Source: Malacoraja senta (lineage: Eukaryota). Taken from it: a stretch of 64,000 nucleotides of DNA. The translations under genes and the position numbers were made by a program. Position 1 is the stretch's first letter; every line of letters starts with the position of its first letter. Positions 12,064 to 23,357 of the stretch are shown in pieces. The DNA lies in the NCBI GenBank assembly GCA_038087875.1, contig CM075989.1, positions 4,712,001 through 4,776,000 on the forward strand, given 5' to 3'. The notes below the pieces were generated by a model. That model was given only the letters and a program-made list of their open reading frames with translations. It was not told the origin of the DNA and made no database searches.

Positions 12064-12495
12064 TATGCAGGGAATGGAGGGATATGGATCATGTACAGAG
12101 AGATGAGATTTCTTTATCTAGGCTTCCAGTCCTACTTGGACATAGTGGGCTGAAGGACCTCCTGTGCTGTACAGTTCTAAGTTCTATGTTGGGATCTTGG
12201 CCTTCCCCGATCTCTTTGGAACAATTCCTTCCTGATCACTCTGGATTCAGAATAACCAATTACTGCGCATTTAAGTTCATGCCCTATGCTATGTTAAAGT
12301 TCTTTTTAAAATCTTTTTATTTCAGAGGAAATGGACTCTGGTACAGTTGGACTCAAAATGCTGTCCCAAGCGGTCATGGCGAGAGCGTACAAACTCCACA
12401 CAGACAGCACCTGTAGTCAGTTTGGAACCCACGTCTCTGGTGCAGTAAGGCAGCAACTCTACCACTGTGCCACCGTACCGCCCTCAAAATTGATT

Positions 12496-12890
12496 GAAAT
12501 ATAAGATGCTGTTCCCTCCAGTTTGCATCTGGTCTCATTCTGGCAATGGAGGAGGCCCAGGATAGAAAGGTCAATATGGGAATGGGAAAGGGGAATAAAA
12601 TGTTTGGCAACCAGGTGGTCCAGTGGAACTTAGCACACCGAGTGTTCTGCAAAATGGTCGGTCCGCCAAGGCCTACTGGATATTCCTTAAGAACATCAAA
12701 TTTCCTACAACCATCAGGTTCTCGAACGAACCTGCATGGACGTGTAGAGATGTGGAACTGCAGATGCTGGTTTAAATCGAAGAAAGACACAAAGTGCTGC
12801 AGTAACTCAGAGGGACAGGCAGCTTCTCTGGAGAGAAGGAATGGGTGATGTTTAGAGTCGAGACCCTTCTTCAGATTGAAGAAGAGGGAT
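12496..12890 (-). mobile_element. Penelope-like GIY-YIG fragment plus degenerate hammerhead-bearing repeat (duplicated at ~14536-14925)
   Basis: Minus strand encodes SHSHIDLSILGLLHCQNETRCKLEG...HLIF-like sequence. Terminal repeat at ~12750-12880. Confidence 0.7.
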
Positions 12891-13202
12891 TTTGCAAATT
12901 GGTGTATGATTTATGATTCCATTTATTGCATGAGTCCATGTAGCCTGCAATGCTGCCAGGGAACATTGTTACAAGTATACCTCATCGTGCACTTGACAAT
13001 ACATTTGACTCTAATTTCATTTTGCTAAGTTCTTTGTTTTGAAATGCAATCATGGATTTGTTGCCAATATTTGCTTTGCATATTAGTGAGAGTGATAGTG
13101 ATACAGCGGGGAAACCGGCCATTGTGTCCCAGCTACACTAGCCCCACCTGCCCGCATTTGGTCCATATCCCTCCAGACCTGACCCGCTGAGTTATTCCAG
13201 CA

Positions 13203-14463
13203 TTAAAATGGTTTGAATCCTACTTGAAGGACAGGGACTACTTTGTGTCTATAGGTAATTACACATCTGAGCGTGCAAAAATTACATGTGGAGTTCCCCA
13301 GGGCTCCATTCTGGGGCCTCTTCTGTTTAACATCTACATGCTTCCACTGGCTCAGATCATGAAAAACATCAAAATATGTTACCATAGTTACGCAGACGAC
13401 ACACAAATCTACATAACAATATCACCAGGAGACTATAGTCCAATACAAGCACTGAGTAGATGCATTGAGCAAATCAACGATTGGATGAACCAGAATTTTC
13501 TCCAATTAAACAAAGAAAAAACTGAAATAATTGTTTTTGGAGCCAAGGAAGAACGATTAAAAGTTAGCACCCAGCTTCAAATGGTAATGCTAAAAACAAC
13601 AAACCAAGCCAGAAACAGGAGTAGTCATGGACTCAGACCTGAACTTCAACAGCCAAATAAAAACAGTCACAAAGTCAGCCTACTATCACCTAAAGAATAT
13701 ATCAAGGATTAAAGGACTTATGTCTCAGCAGGATTTGGAAAAACTTGTCCATGCATTTATCAGCAGGCTCGACTACTGTAACAGTGTCTTTACAGGTCTC
13801 CCTAAAAAGTCGATCAGACAGCTGCAGTTAATTCAGAACGCTGCTGCTCGAGTCCTCACTAAGACCAAAAAAGTAGATCACATTACTCCAGTTCTGAGGT
13901 CTTTACACTGGCTTCCTGTCTGTCAAAGAATTGATTTCAAAATACTACTGTTGGTTTACAAACCACTGAATGGTTTAGGGCCAAAATACATTTCTGATCT
14001 TCTGCTTAGCTACGAACCACCCAGACCTCTCAGATCGTCTGGGACAGGTCTGCTCTGTGTCCCCAGAGTCAGAACTAAACATGGAGAGGCAGCATTTAGA
14101 TTTTATGCACCACATATCTGGAACAAACTCCCAGAAAACTGCAGGTCTGCTGCAACTCTCAGCTCTTTTAAATCTAGACTGAAGACTTTTCTGTTTGCCG
14201 CTGCCTTTCAGTAAACAATACAATTTATTAATTACCTATACTGCACTGTAACTTCTATTCCTGGTTTTATTCTATTTTAAATATTTTATTTGATTGCTTT
14301 TAATTTTGTAATTATTTTATCTGAATAATCTAATAATCATTTTATATCTAATGTCATTTTATATGTGTTTCTTTCAAATGCTTTAAATGTTTTATGTAAA
14401 GCACTTTGAATTACCTTGTGGTTGAAATATGCTATAGAAATAAACTTGCCTTGCCTTGCCTTG
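13203..14463 (+). mobile_element. L2 LINE 3' fragment (RT), copy 1
   Basis: [66 protein letters not shown]. Tail AATAAA(CTTGC)n. Confidence 0.92.
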
Positions 14464-15243
14464 CAGCAATAGGGTGGAAGATTGCAACCTCCATGTCGTC
14501 CACCCTGTTTCGACGAAGTTGTCCGACAACTATAGGCTGTTCCCTCCAGTTTGCATCTGGTCTCATTCTGGCAATGGAGGAGGCCCAGGATAGAAAGGTC
14601 AATATGGGAATGGGAAAGGGGAATAAAATGTTTAGCAACCAGGTGGTCCAGTGGAACTTAGCACACCGAGTGTTCTGCAAAATGGTCGGTCCGCCAAGGC
14701 CTACTGGATATTCCTTAAGAACATCAAATTTCCTACAACCATCAGGTTCTCGAACGAACCTGCATGGACGTGTAGAGATGTGGAAGGAGGAACTGCAGAT
14801 GCTGGTTTAAATCGAAGAAAGACACAAAGTGCTGCAGTAACTCAGAGGGACAGGCAGCTTCTCTGGAGAGAAGGAATGGGTGATGTTTAGAGTCGAGACC
14901 CTTCTTCAGATTGAAGAAGAGGGATTTTGCAAATTGGTGTATGATTTATGATTCCATTTATTGCATGAGTCCATGTAGCCTGCAATGCTGCCAGGGAACA
15001 TTGTTACAAGTATACCTCATCGTCCTTGTGCACTTGACAATACATTTGACTCTAATTTCATTTTGCTAAGTTCTTTGTTTTGAAATGCAATCATGGATTT
15101 GTTGCCAATATTTGCTTTGCATATTAGTGAGAGTGATAGTGATACAGCGGGGAAACCGGCCATTGTGTCCCAGCTACACTAGTCCCACCTGCCCGCATTT
15201 GGTCCATATCCCTCCAGACCTGACCCGCTGAGTTATTCCAGCA

Positions 15244-16504
15244 TTAAAATGGTTTGAATCCTACTTGAAGGACAGGGACTACTTTGTGTCTATAGGTAAT
15301 TACACATCTGAGCGTGCAAAAATTACATGTGGAGTTCCCCAGGGCTCCATTCTGGGGCCTCTTCTGTTTAACATCTACATGCTTCCACTGGCTCAGATCA
15401 TGAAAAACATCAAAATATGTTACCATAGTTACGCAGACGACACACAAATCTACATAACAATATCACCAGGAGACTATAGTCCAATACAAGCACTGAGTAG
15501 ATGCATTGAGCAAATCAACGATTGGATGAACCAGAATTTTCTCCAATTAAACAAAGAAAAAACTGAAATAATTGTTTTTGGAGCCAAGGAAGAACGATTA
15601 AAAGTTAGCACCCAGCTTCAAATGGTAATGCTAAAAACAACAAACCAAGCCAGAAACAGGAGTAGTCATGGACTCAGACCTGAACTTCAACAGCCAAATA
15701 AAAACAGTCACAAAGTCAGCCTACTATCACCTAAAGAATATATCAAGGATTAAAGGACTTATGTCTCAGCAGGATTTGGAAAAACTTGTCCATGCATTTA
15801 TCAGCAGGCTCGACTACTGTAACAGTGTCTTTACAGGTCTCCCTAAAAAGTCGATCAGACAGCTGCAGTTAATTCAGAACGCTGCTGCTCGAGTCCTCAC
15901 TAAGACCAAAAAAGTAGATCACATTACTCCAGTTCTGAGGTCTTTACACTGGCTTCCTGTCTGTCAAAGAATTGATTTCAAAATACTACTGTTGGTTTAC
16001 AAACCACTGAATGGTTTAGGGCCAAAATACATTTCTGATCTTCTGCTTAGCTACGAACCACCCAGACCTCTCAGATCGTCTGGGACAGGTCTGCTCTGTG
16101 TCCCCAGAGTCAGAACTAAACATGGAGAGGCAGCATTTAGATTTTATGCACCACATATCTGGAACAAACTCCCAGAAAACTGCAGGTCTGCTGCAACTCT
16201 CAGCTCTTTTAAATCTAGACTGAAGACTTTTCTGTTTGCCGCTGCCTTTCAGTAAACAATACAATTTATTAATTACCTATACTGCACTGTAACTTCTATT
16301 CCTGGTTTTATTCTATTTTAAATATTTTATTTGATTGCTTTTAATTTTGTAATTATTTTATCTGAATAATCTAATAATCATTTTATATCTAATGTCATTT
16401 TATATGTGTTTCTTTCAAATGCTTTAAATGTTTTATGTAAAGCACTTTGAATTACCTTGTGGTTGAAATATGCTATAGAAATAAACTTGCCTTGCCTTGC
16501 CTTG
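15244..16504 (+). mobile_element. L2 LINE 3' fragment (RT), copy 2 (by tandem duplication)
   Basis: Same translation, same truncation point and same flanks as copy 1. Confidence 0.92.
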
Positions 16505-17344
16505 CAGCAATAGGGTGGAAGATTGCAACCTCCATGTCGTCCACCCTGTTTCGACGAAGTTGTCCGACAACTATAGGCTGTGCACACCACATGCAAGGGG
16601 TCAAGGAAAGAGCGTTCACGCCGCGGCCCTGTTTCCACCAATCTTTCCACCACCACGCACAAGAAGCACAAGAAGCGACAAGACAGACACCATTGTATGC
16701 AGATGCAGAGAAGTGTGTTCAGCTCTGGTTGAACAACTTCTAATCTTGTGTGAGGACTCGATAAGAAGAAGACCACATGCAAGAAGACGATTCCAGCACT
16801 TTGTGTCAATCTTTGGACTCGTAGAGATTTTGCAAATAGGTGTATGATTTATGATTCTGTTTATTGCATGTGTCCATGTGCCTGCATTGCACGTGTATCT
16901 CATCATGCTGGCGAACTTGACAATCAACGACACTAATTTCATTTTGCTGAGCAAGAAAAGAAATGATGCACTGCTTTGCTGTGTGATGGGGTCAGAATGT
17001 ACTGAGGAAAGTTGAATAATAGAACAGGAAAGTAGGACATTGGACCCATTAGGTGTATGCTGCCTCACAGAAGAAGTCATCATTGTCAGACCTGCCACTC
17101 CTGTCACATTTTCCACACGTCTCTGCATTCTTTTTCAAATACTTTTCCACATCACTCGTGAGATTGTTTACATTGTCTTATGAACGGGACATTCCAAATC
17201 ATAGCCATGCCTTGCAGAAATAAAAGTATTTTCCCCATACTGCTGCCAATTGCTATAAATTCATGCCTTCTATCCTTCACTTCTTTGGATCAATGGAAGA
17301 GGATCCTCCTCCTTTACTGTATCTGAACACCTCGTTTAAATCTT

Positions 17345-17700
17345 CTAGTTAGTTTTGTTTATTGTCACGTGTACAGTGAAAAGCTTTTATTGCGTGCTAA
17401 GTCAACAGAAAGACAATACATGATTACAATCGAGCCTTCCACAGAGTACAGATACAAGATAAAGGGAATATAATGTTTAGTGCAAGATAAAGTTCAATAA
17501 AATCTGATCAATGTAGTCCAAGGGTCTCCAATGAGGTAGATGGTAGCTCAGGACCGCTCTCTAGTTGTGGTAGGATGATTCAGTTGCCTGATAACAGCTG
17601 GGAAGAAACTGTCCCTGAATCTGGAGGCGTGCTATATATTTTGCCCGATGCAACAGGGAAGAAGTAGTGGCTGGGGTGCGGCTCGTCATTGATTGGAAAG
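17345..17700 (-). mobile_element. Rex1/Babar-like 3' fragment
   Basis: Reverse complement of the 10330-10610 type sequence. Confidence 0.7.
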
Positions 17701-19597
17701 GAGGTTGGTTTGTGTGATGGTTTGGAGTTTGCATGTTCTCCCTGTAACCACATGGGTTTTCTTTGGGTAACCTCTCACATCCGAAAGACATGCGGGTTTG
17801 GAGGTTAATTGGCCAATGTAAATTGCCCCAGAAAGGTCAATATAGGAATGGGAAAGGGGAATAAAATGTTTAGCAACCAGGTGGTTCAGTGGAACATAGC
17901 ACTCCGAGTGTTCTGCAAAATGGTCAGTCCGCCAAGACCTACCGGATATTCCTTAAGAACATCAAATTTCCTACAACGATCAGGTTAATTGGCCAATGTA
18001 AATTGCCCCTAGTGTGTAGGGAGTGGATGAGAAAGTGGGATAAGGTAGAACTAGTGTGAATGGGTGATCGATGGTCAGTGTGGACTCGGTGGGCCATAGG
18101 GTTCATTTATTTTATCTGCATAATCTAATAATCATTTTATATCTAATGTCATTTTATATGTGTTTCTTTCAAATGCTTTAAATGTTTTATGTAAAGCACT
18201 TTGAATTACCTTGTGGTTGAAATATGCTATACAAATAAACTTGCTTTACCTTGCCTTGCAGCAATAGGGTGGAAGATTACACTGTCTCCATGACAGTCAT
18301 ATCAAGGGGAGGGCATTACTACCAGGTGTTTGTGTGGCATCATTGTGGTTGAAAATATAACTCTGTCAAAGGCTTGCTGTGTCCAAAGCAGAGTTTGCCC
18401 TTCTTGTTTGGATCAACTTAATTCTACAGCATTGGATAGCTTTATAAATTAGCAAACTAAACTGAGAAACAGCACTCTATTGCAAATGATTAAGAAAACA
18501 TGTTAATGATCACATTTCGTTTCGGTCTTTCTTGATGTTCTGATAATCCAAATCACATTTTAACTTCAATGATCAGATAAAATCAGGTGAGTTTAATCAT
18601 GGACTTCTCTGCTTTGGCCCATTTCTTTGTTAAGTGTTCACACCCGTGGCTGGAGGGTTAGATTAAACGGGTTTCATGAAGCGTACCAAAAGTATTCAAG
18701 TGTTTGAATGTTTATTTTATTCGTTCCCTCCATTTTGTGCATTGGTGTCGAGACTGGGATTTAGTGCCAGCTCAAGTTGACCTTGTGTGAGGTGAAGATC
18801 CCCCAGTGTTGCATGGCAAGGTTTTCAGTTTGGTTTATTGTCACGTGTTACAGTGAGAAGCCTTTTGTCGCGTGCTAACCAGTCAGCAGAAAGACAATCA
18901 TCGGCGGTCACTCGAAACGAGTGTGACTGTCCTCTCATGGAGGACGCCTGTGCGTGACTTTGTTTAACGTGCGGTGACTGGTGCACAGACATGAAACACA
19001 TGGTCCTTGACAGATCTGGGTCAGGATCCAGTGGCATGGAATCCAAGACGACTGGGGACCTTTTCTGCTGCAACCTTCATCCGCCTTCCCAGCCATTGTG
19101 ACGCTCCACTAAAGTCAGCCATCGTCCTCCGACTGTTCCACCGTTGAGGTCTTGGCAGAAATACAATACATGATTACAATCAATCAATTTACAGTGTATA
19201 GATACACGATGAGGGAATAACGTTTAGTGCAAGGTAAAGTCAGCAAAGTCCGGTCAAGGATAGTCCGAGGAACATCAGAGGTAGATAGGAGTTCAGCACT
19301 GCTACTGGGTTTTGACCCCTTGAGAAATGGGCGAGCAGTGATTTAAGGGTGAATGAAGAGTGAAAACTGCCACTAATACAGAAAACCAGTCTGAGGAAGA
19401 GTCTCAACCCAAAATGTCAGCTAACCATGTTCTCCAGAGATACTGCCTGATGCGTCGAGTTACTCCAGCACCTTGTGTCTCTTGTGTAGACCATCATCTG
19501 CAGTTCCTTGGTTCTACTTCCAAACCTCCCATCCTCTCTGATTTTAATAGACTCTCAACAACTATAATTAATCTCATTATTTTGGGAATGTCTTTTT

Positions 19598-19930
19598 TAG
19601 TTTAGTTTAGAGATACAGCACGAAAATAGGCCCATCGGCCCCCCAAGTCCGCACAGACTAGCGATCCCCGTACTTTAACACCACCCTACACACATTAGGG
19701 GGCAATTTACACTTATACCGAGTATACAAATCCAAGCCAATTTACCTACAAACCTGTACGACTTTGGATTGTGGGAGGAAACCGAAGATCTCGGAGACAA
19801 ACCACGCGGTCACGGGAAGGACGTACAAACTCCGTACAGACAGCACCCGTAGTCGGGATCGAACCCACGTCTCAGGTGCTGCAAGTGTTGTAAGGCAGGA
19901 ACTCTACCGCTGCCCCGCCATGCCGCCCAT
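19598..19930 (-). mobile_element. tRNA-derived SINE
   Basis: B-box GGTTCGATCC and (ACTAA)n tail on the minus strand. Confidence 0.85.
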
Positions 19931-20059
19931 CATGTTGGTAAATGTAGTGTCGCGTAAATCACTCATTGAAGATCAAATCTCATTCTAAGCTGGCACAAGT
20001 GTGATACAAAAGTACCGCTGCGCTCTTAGAGGTGCACTCTATGGACCAGACATTAAAAC

Positions 20060-21022
20060 TAAAGATAGATACAAAATGCTGGAGCAACTCAGCGTGACAG
20101 GCAGCATCTCTGGAGAGAAGGAAAGGGTGACGTTTCAGGTTGAGACCCTTCTTCAGACTGAATGTTTAAAAAAGAACTGCAGGTGCTGGAAAAATCGAAT
20201 GTAGATAAAAATGCTGGAGAAACTCAGCGGGTGAGGCAGCATCCATGGAGCGAAGGAATAGGTGACGTTTCGGGTCGAGACCCTTCTGCAGACTGATGTA
20301 GGGGTGGGGGGGGGGGGCGGGAAGAAGAAAGGAAGAGGCAGAGACAGTGGGCTGTGGGAGAGCTGGGAAGGGGAGGGGAAGGAGGGAGAAAGCAAGGACT
20401 ACCTGAAATTGGAGAAGTCAATGTTCATACCGCTGAGGTGCACACACTCTGGCCATGGAGGAGGCCCAGGACAGAAAGGTCGGATTCGGAATGGGAGGGG
20501 GAGTTGAAGTGCTGAGCCACGGGGAGATCCGGTTGGTTAATGCGAACCAAGCGGAGGTGTTGGGCGAAGCGATCGCCAAGCCTGTGCTTGGACCTTGGAT
20601 GGAGTCGAGGGAGCGGTCTCAGTCGAACGCCGAAAGAGGAGGAGATGGGAAGATGTGGCCAGTGGTGGGATCCCGTTGGAGGTGGCGAAAAAGTCAGAGG
20701 ATTATCTATTGTATGTGACGGCTGGTAGGGTGGAAGGTGAGGACAAGGGGGACTCTGCTCTTGTTACGAGTGGGCGGATGGGGAGTGAGAGTGGAGCTAC
20801 CAGATATAGAGGGGACCCTGGTGAGAGCCTCATCTATAGTCGAAGAGGGGAACCCCTGTTCCCTAAAGAATGAGGACATCTCCGATGCCCTGGTTTGGAA
20901 CACCTCACCCTGGGTGCAGATCGGCGTAGACGGAGGAATTGGGAGTAGGGGATAGAGTCCTTCTCCCTCGACTCCATCCAAGGACCCAAGCAGTCTTTCC
21001 AGGTGAGGCAGAGGTTCACCTA
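20060..21022 (-). mobile_element. Penelope-like element, internally deleted, with two tandem hammerhead-bearing terminal repeats
   Basis: IPYSQFLRLRR, SSFFREQGFPSS, RVPLVLTFHP (RT thumb/linker), RLGDRFAQHL and GMNIDFSNFR (GIY-YIG). Hammerhead motifs at ~20127-20160 and ~20262-20295. Confidence 0.88.
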
Positions 21023-21914
21023 TATGTTTCAATAAGATTCCCTCATCCTTCTAAACTCCAGAGTATACAAGCCCAGCCGCTAAATTGCCCCCTAATGTGT
21101 GTAGGTTGGAGTTAAAGTACGGGGATCGCTGGTCGGTGCGGATTGGGTGGGCAGATGGGCCTATTTTCATGCTGTATCTCTAAATTAAACTAAAAAAGAC
21201 ATTCCCAAAATAATGAGATTCATTCTAGTAGTTGAGAGTCCATTAAAATCAGAGAGGATGGGAGGTTTAGAAGTAGAACCAAGGAACTGCAGATGATGGT
21301 CTACACAAGAGACACAAGGTGCTGGAGTAACTCGGCACATCAGGCAGTATCTCTGGAGAACATGGTTAGCTGACATTTTGGGTTGAGACTCTTCCTCAGA
21401 CTGGTTTTCTGTATTACTGGCAGTTTTCACTCTTCATTCACCCTTAAATCACTGCTCGCCCATTTCTCAAGGGGTCAAAACCCAGTAGCAGTGCTGAACT
21501 TCTATCTACCTCTGATGTACCTCGGACTATCCTTGACCGGACTTTGCTGGCTTTACCTTGCACTAAACGTTATTCCCTCATCGTGTATCTATACACTGCA
21601 AATGGATTGATTGTAATCATGTATTGTATTTCTGCCAAGACCTCAACGGTGGAACAGTCGGAGAACGATGGCTGACTTTAGTGGAGCGTCACAACGGCTG
21701 GGAAGGTGGATGAAGGCTGCAGCAGAAAAGGTCCCCAGTCGTCTTGGATTCCATGCCACTGGATCCTGACCCAGATCTAGTGGAACAGCATCCCCTTTCC
21801 CATCAGATCTGCCCCCTCCATCGACTCTTTTAAGTCAAGACTTATCTATACTCCCAAGCCTTTCCTGACGTCCTCTGAGTGAGGCTTCTCACTGTAACTT
21901 CACCACCCTCTATG

Positions 21915-22950
21915 TAGCAATGTTACAAAATTTTGAGATTTTAAAAATAAAGTCTGCAATTTATCCCATCAGATAAAGCATAAAAAGAAGTTTAATTTGA
22001 CACTTAATTCACTTTCATATCTTCAGTATTAAAAAAGTTATGGCCATTATCATACTCAGAAATTAGCATCTTGTTCCCTATTGCTTTTCCATTGACTTAA
22101 CACAAAAGCTGTGATCGAGGACAGTTAAAAGCCCATAACTTTCTTAAAAATTATGATAACTGAAAGAAATTTTCAGTTATTATAGATTGAAGCATTCTGA
22201 AACAAATATGAAACAATCTTACTTCGAAGACATGAAAGTAAAGCATATAATTAGTTAGTTACCTAATTGTAACTAATTACAAAATTCAATTACTAGATCT
22301 AAACATCTATCAATTTCTTAAGAATAGATTAACATTTTTAAATAGCCTAAGTGTCCAAATAACATTCACAATAATTCACAATATAACATAATTTTTAAAT
22401 CTAATTTTCATGAATTTACAGGCCAAATGGAAGGAATTGAATGTTTAATACCTGTAAATTAATGGGGATTTAATTCATCTTGCGAGTGAGGTTTTCTGGA
22501 ACGCGATCTTTTGGAACGTTCATTTGCGGTGAATTTAACCCCGTATTGGCATGAAAAATACTGCCGTTAATTCGGGGAATAAAATCACCGTGTCGCATGT
22601 AAAAATGTGAATTAAAGGCCTTAAGAGAACGTTTATACATTAAAATAAAGCACTTTCGTTTACCTGTCCCGTGTGTGAAATCCGTCCCCGTTGTTGGCGT
22701 TGACGCTTCAGAAGATGATTTTAAAATGATTCCAACGCTGAACTTGTTGGGAGATTTTTAAAACAAACTACGCAAAACGGCACTCGGAACGCTTCTTCCA
22801 GAGAAGCTGGTACTCCAACAAAGTATAATTCAGGACAAGGGAGGAGAAACCCGCGCTTTAACCCCGCCCCCCCTTAAAGGCGCCAAAATCGCGCACACGG
22901 CCAGTGACAGAATTATAGCACCGCTGAAGGCAAGTATTGTAACATACCTA
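21915..22950. mobile_element. Non-autonomous DNA transposon, superfamily unassigned
   Basis: Imperfect TIR TAGCAATGTTACAA / TTGTAACATACCTA, flanking direct repeat CTCTATG (21908-21914, 22951-22957), absent from the left arm of the inverted duplication. Confidence 0.7.
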
Positions 22951-23357
22951 CTCTATGTAGCAGTTTACCTCACACAAGGTCAACTTGAGCTGGCACTAAA
23001 TCCCAGTCTCGACACTAATGCACAAAATGGAGGGAACGAATAAAATAAACATTCAAACACTTGCCCATTTGGTACGCTTCATGAAACCAGTTTAATCTAA
23101 CCCTCCAGCCACAAGTGTGAACATTTAACAAAGAAATGAGCCAAAGCAGTGAAGTCCATGATTAAACTCACCTGAATTTATGTGATCATTGAAGTTAAAA
23201 TGTGATTTGGATTATCAGAACATCAACAAGGACCATAAGAAATGTGATCATTAACACATTTTATTAATCAAGATCAAGGAAAATGTAGAATAGATCATTG
23301 TTAGCTGGGAGAAGGTGAACACAAAGCAAACAAAGATAAAATGTAGTCGGAGACTAA

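Larger units (their letters stand above)
12508..16581 (+). repeat. Tandem duplication of a ~2.03-kb unit (12508-14535 and 14536-16576)
   Basis: Identical ORFs offset by 2041 bp. GCTGT microhomology at the junction. Confidence 0.95.
18500..23257. repeat. Inverted duplication: left arm ~18500-19700, right arm ~21080-23257
   Basis: 18500-18795 is the reverse complement of 22964-23257, and 19012-19690 of 21090-21778. ORF 19360(+) mirrors ORF 21185(-). Confidence 0.9.
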
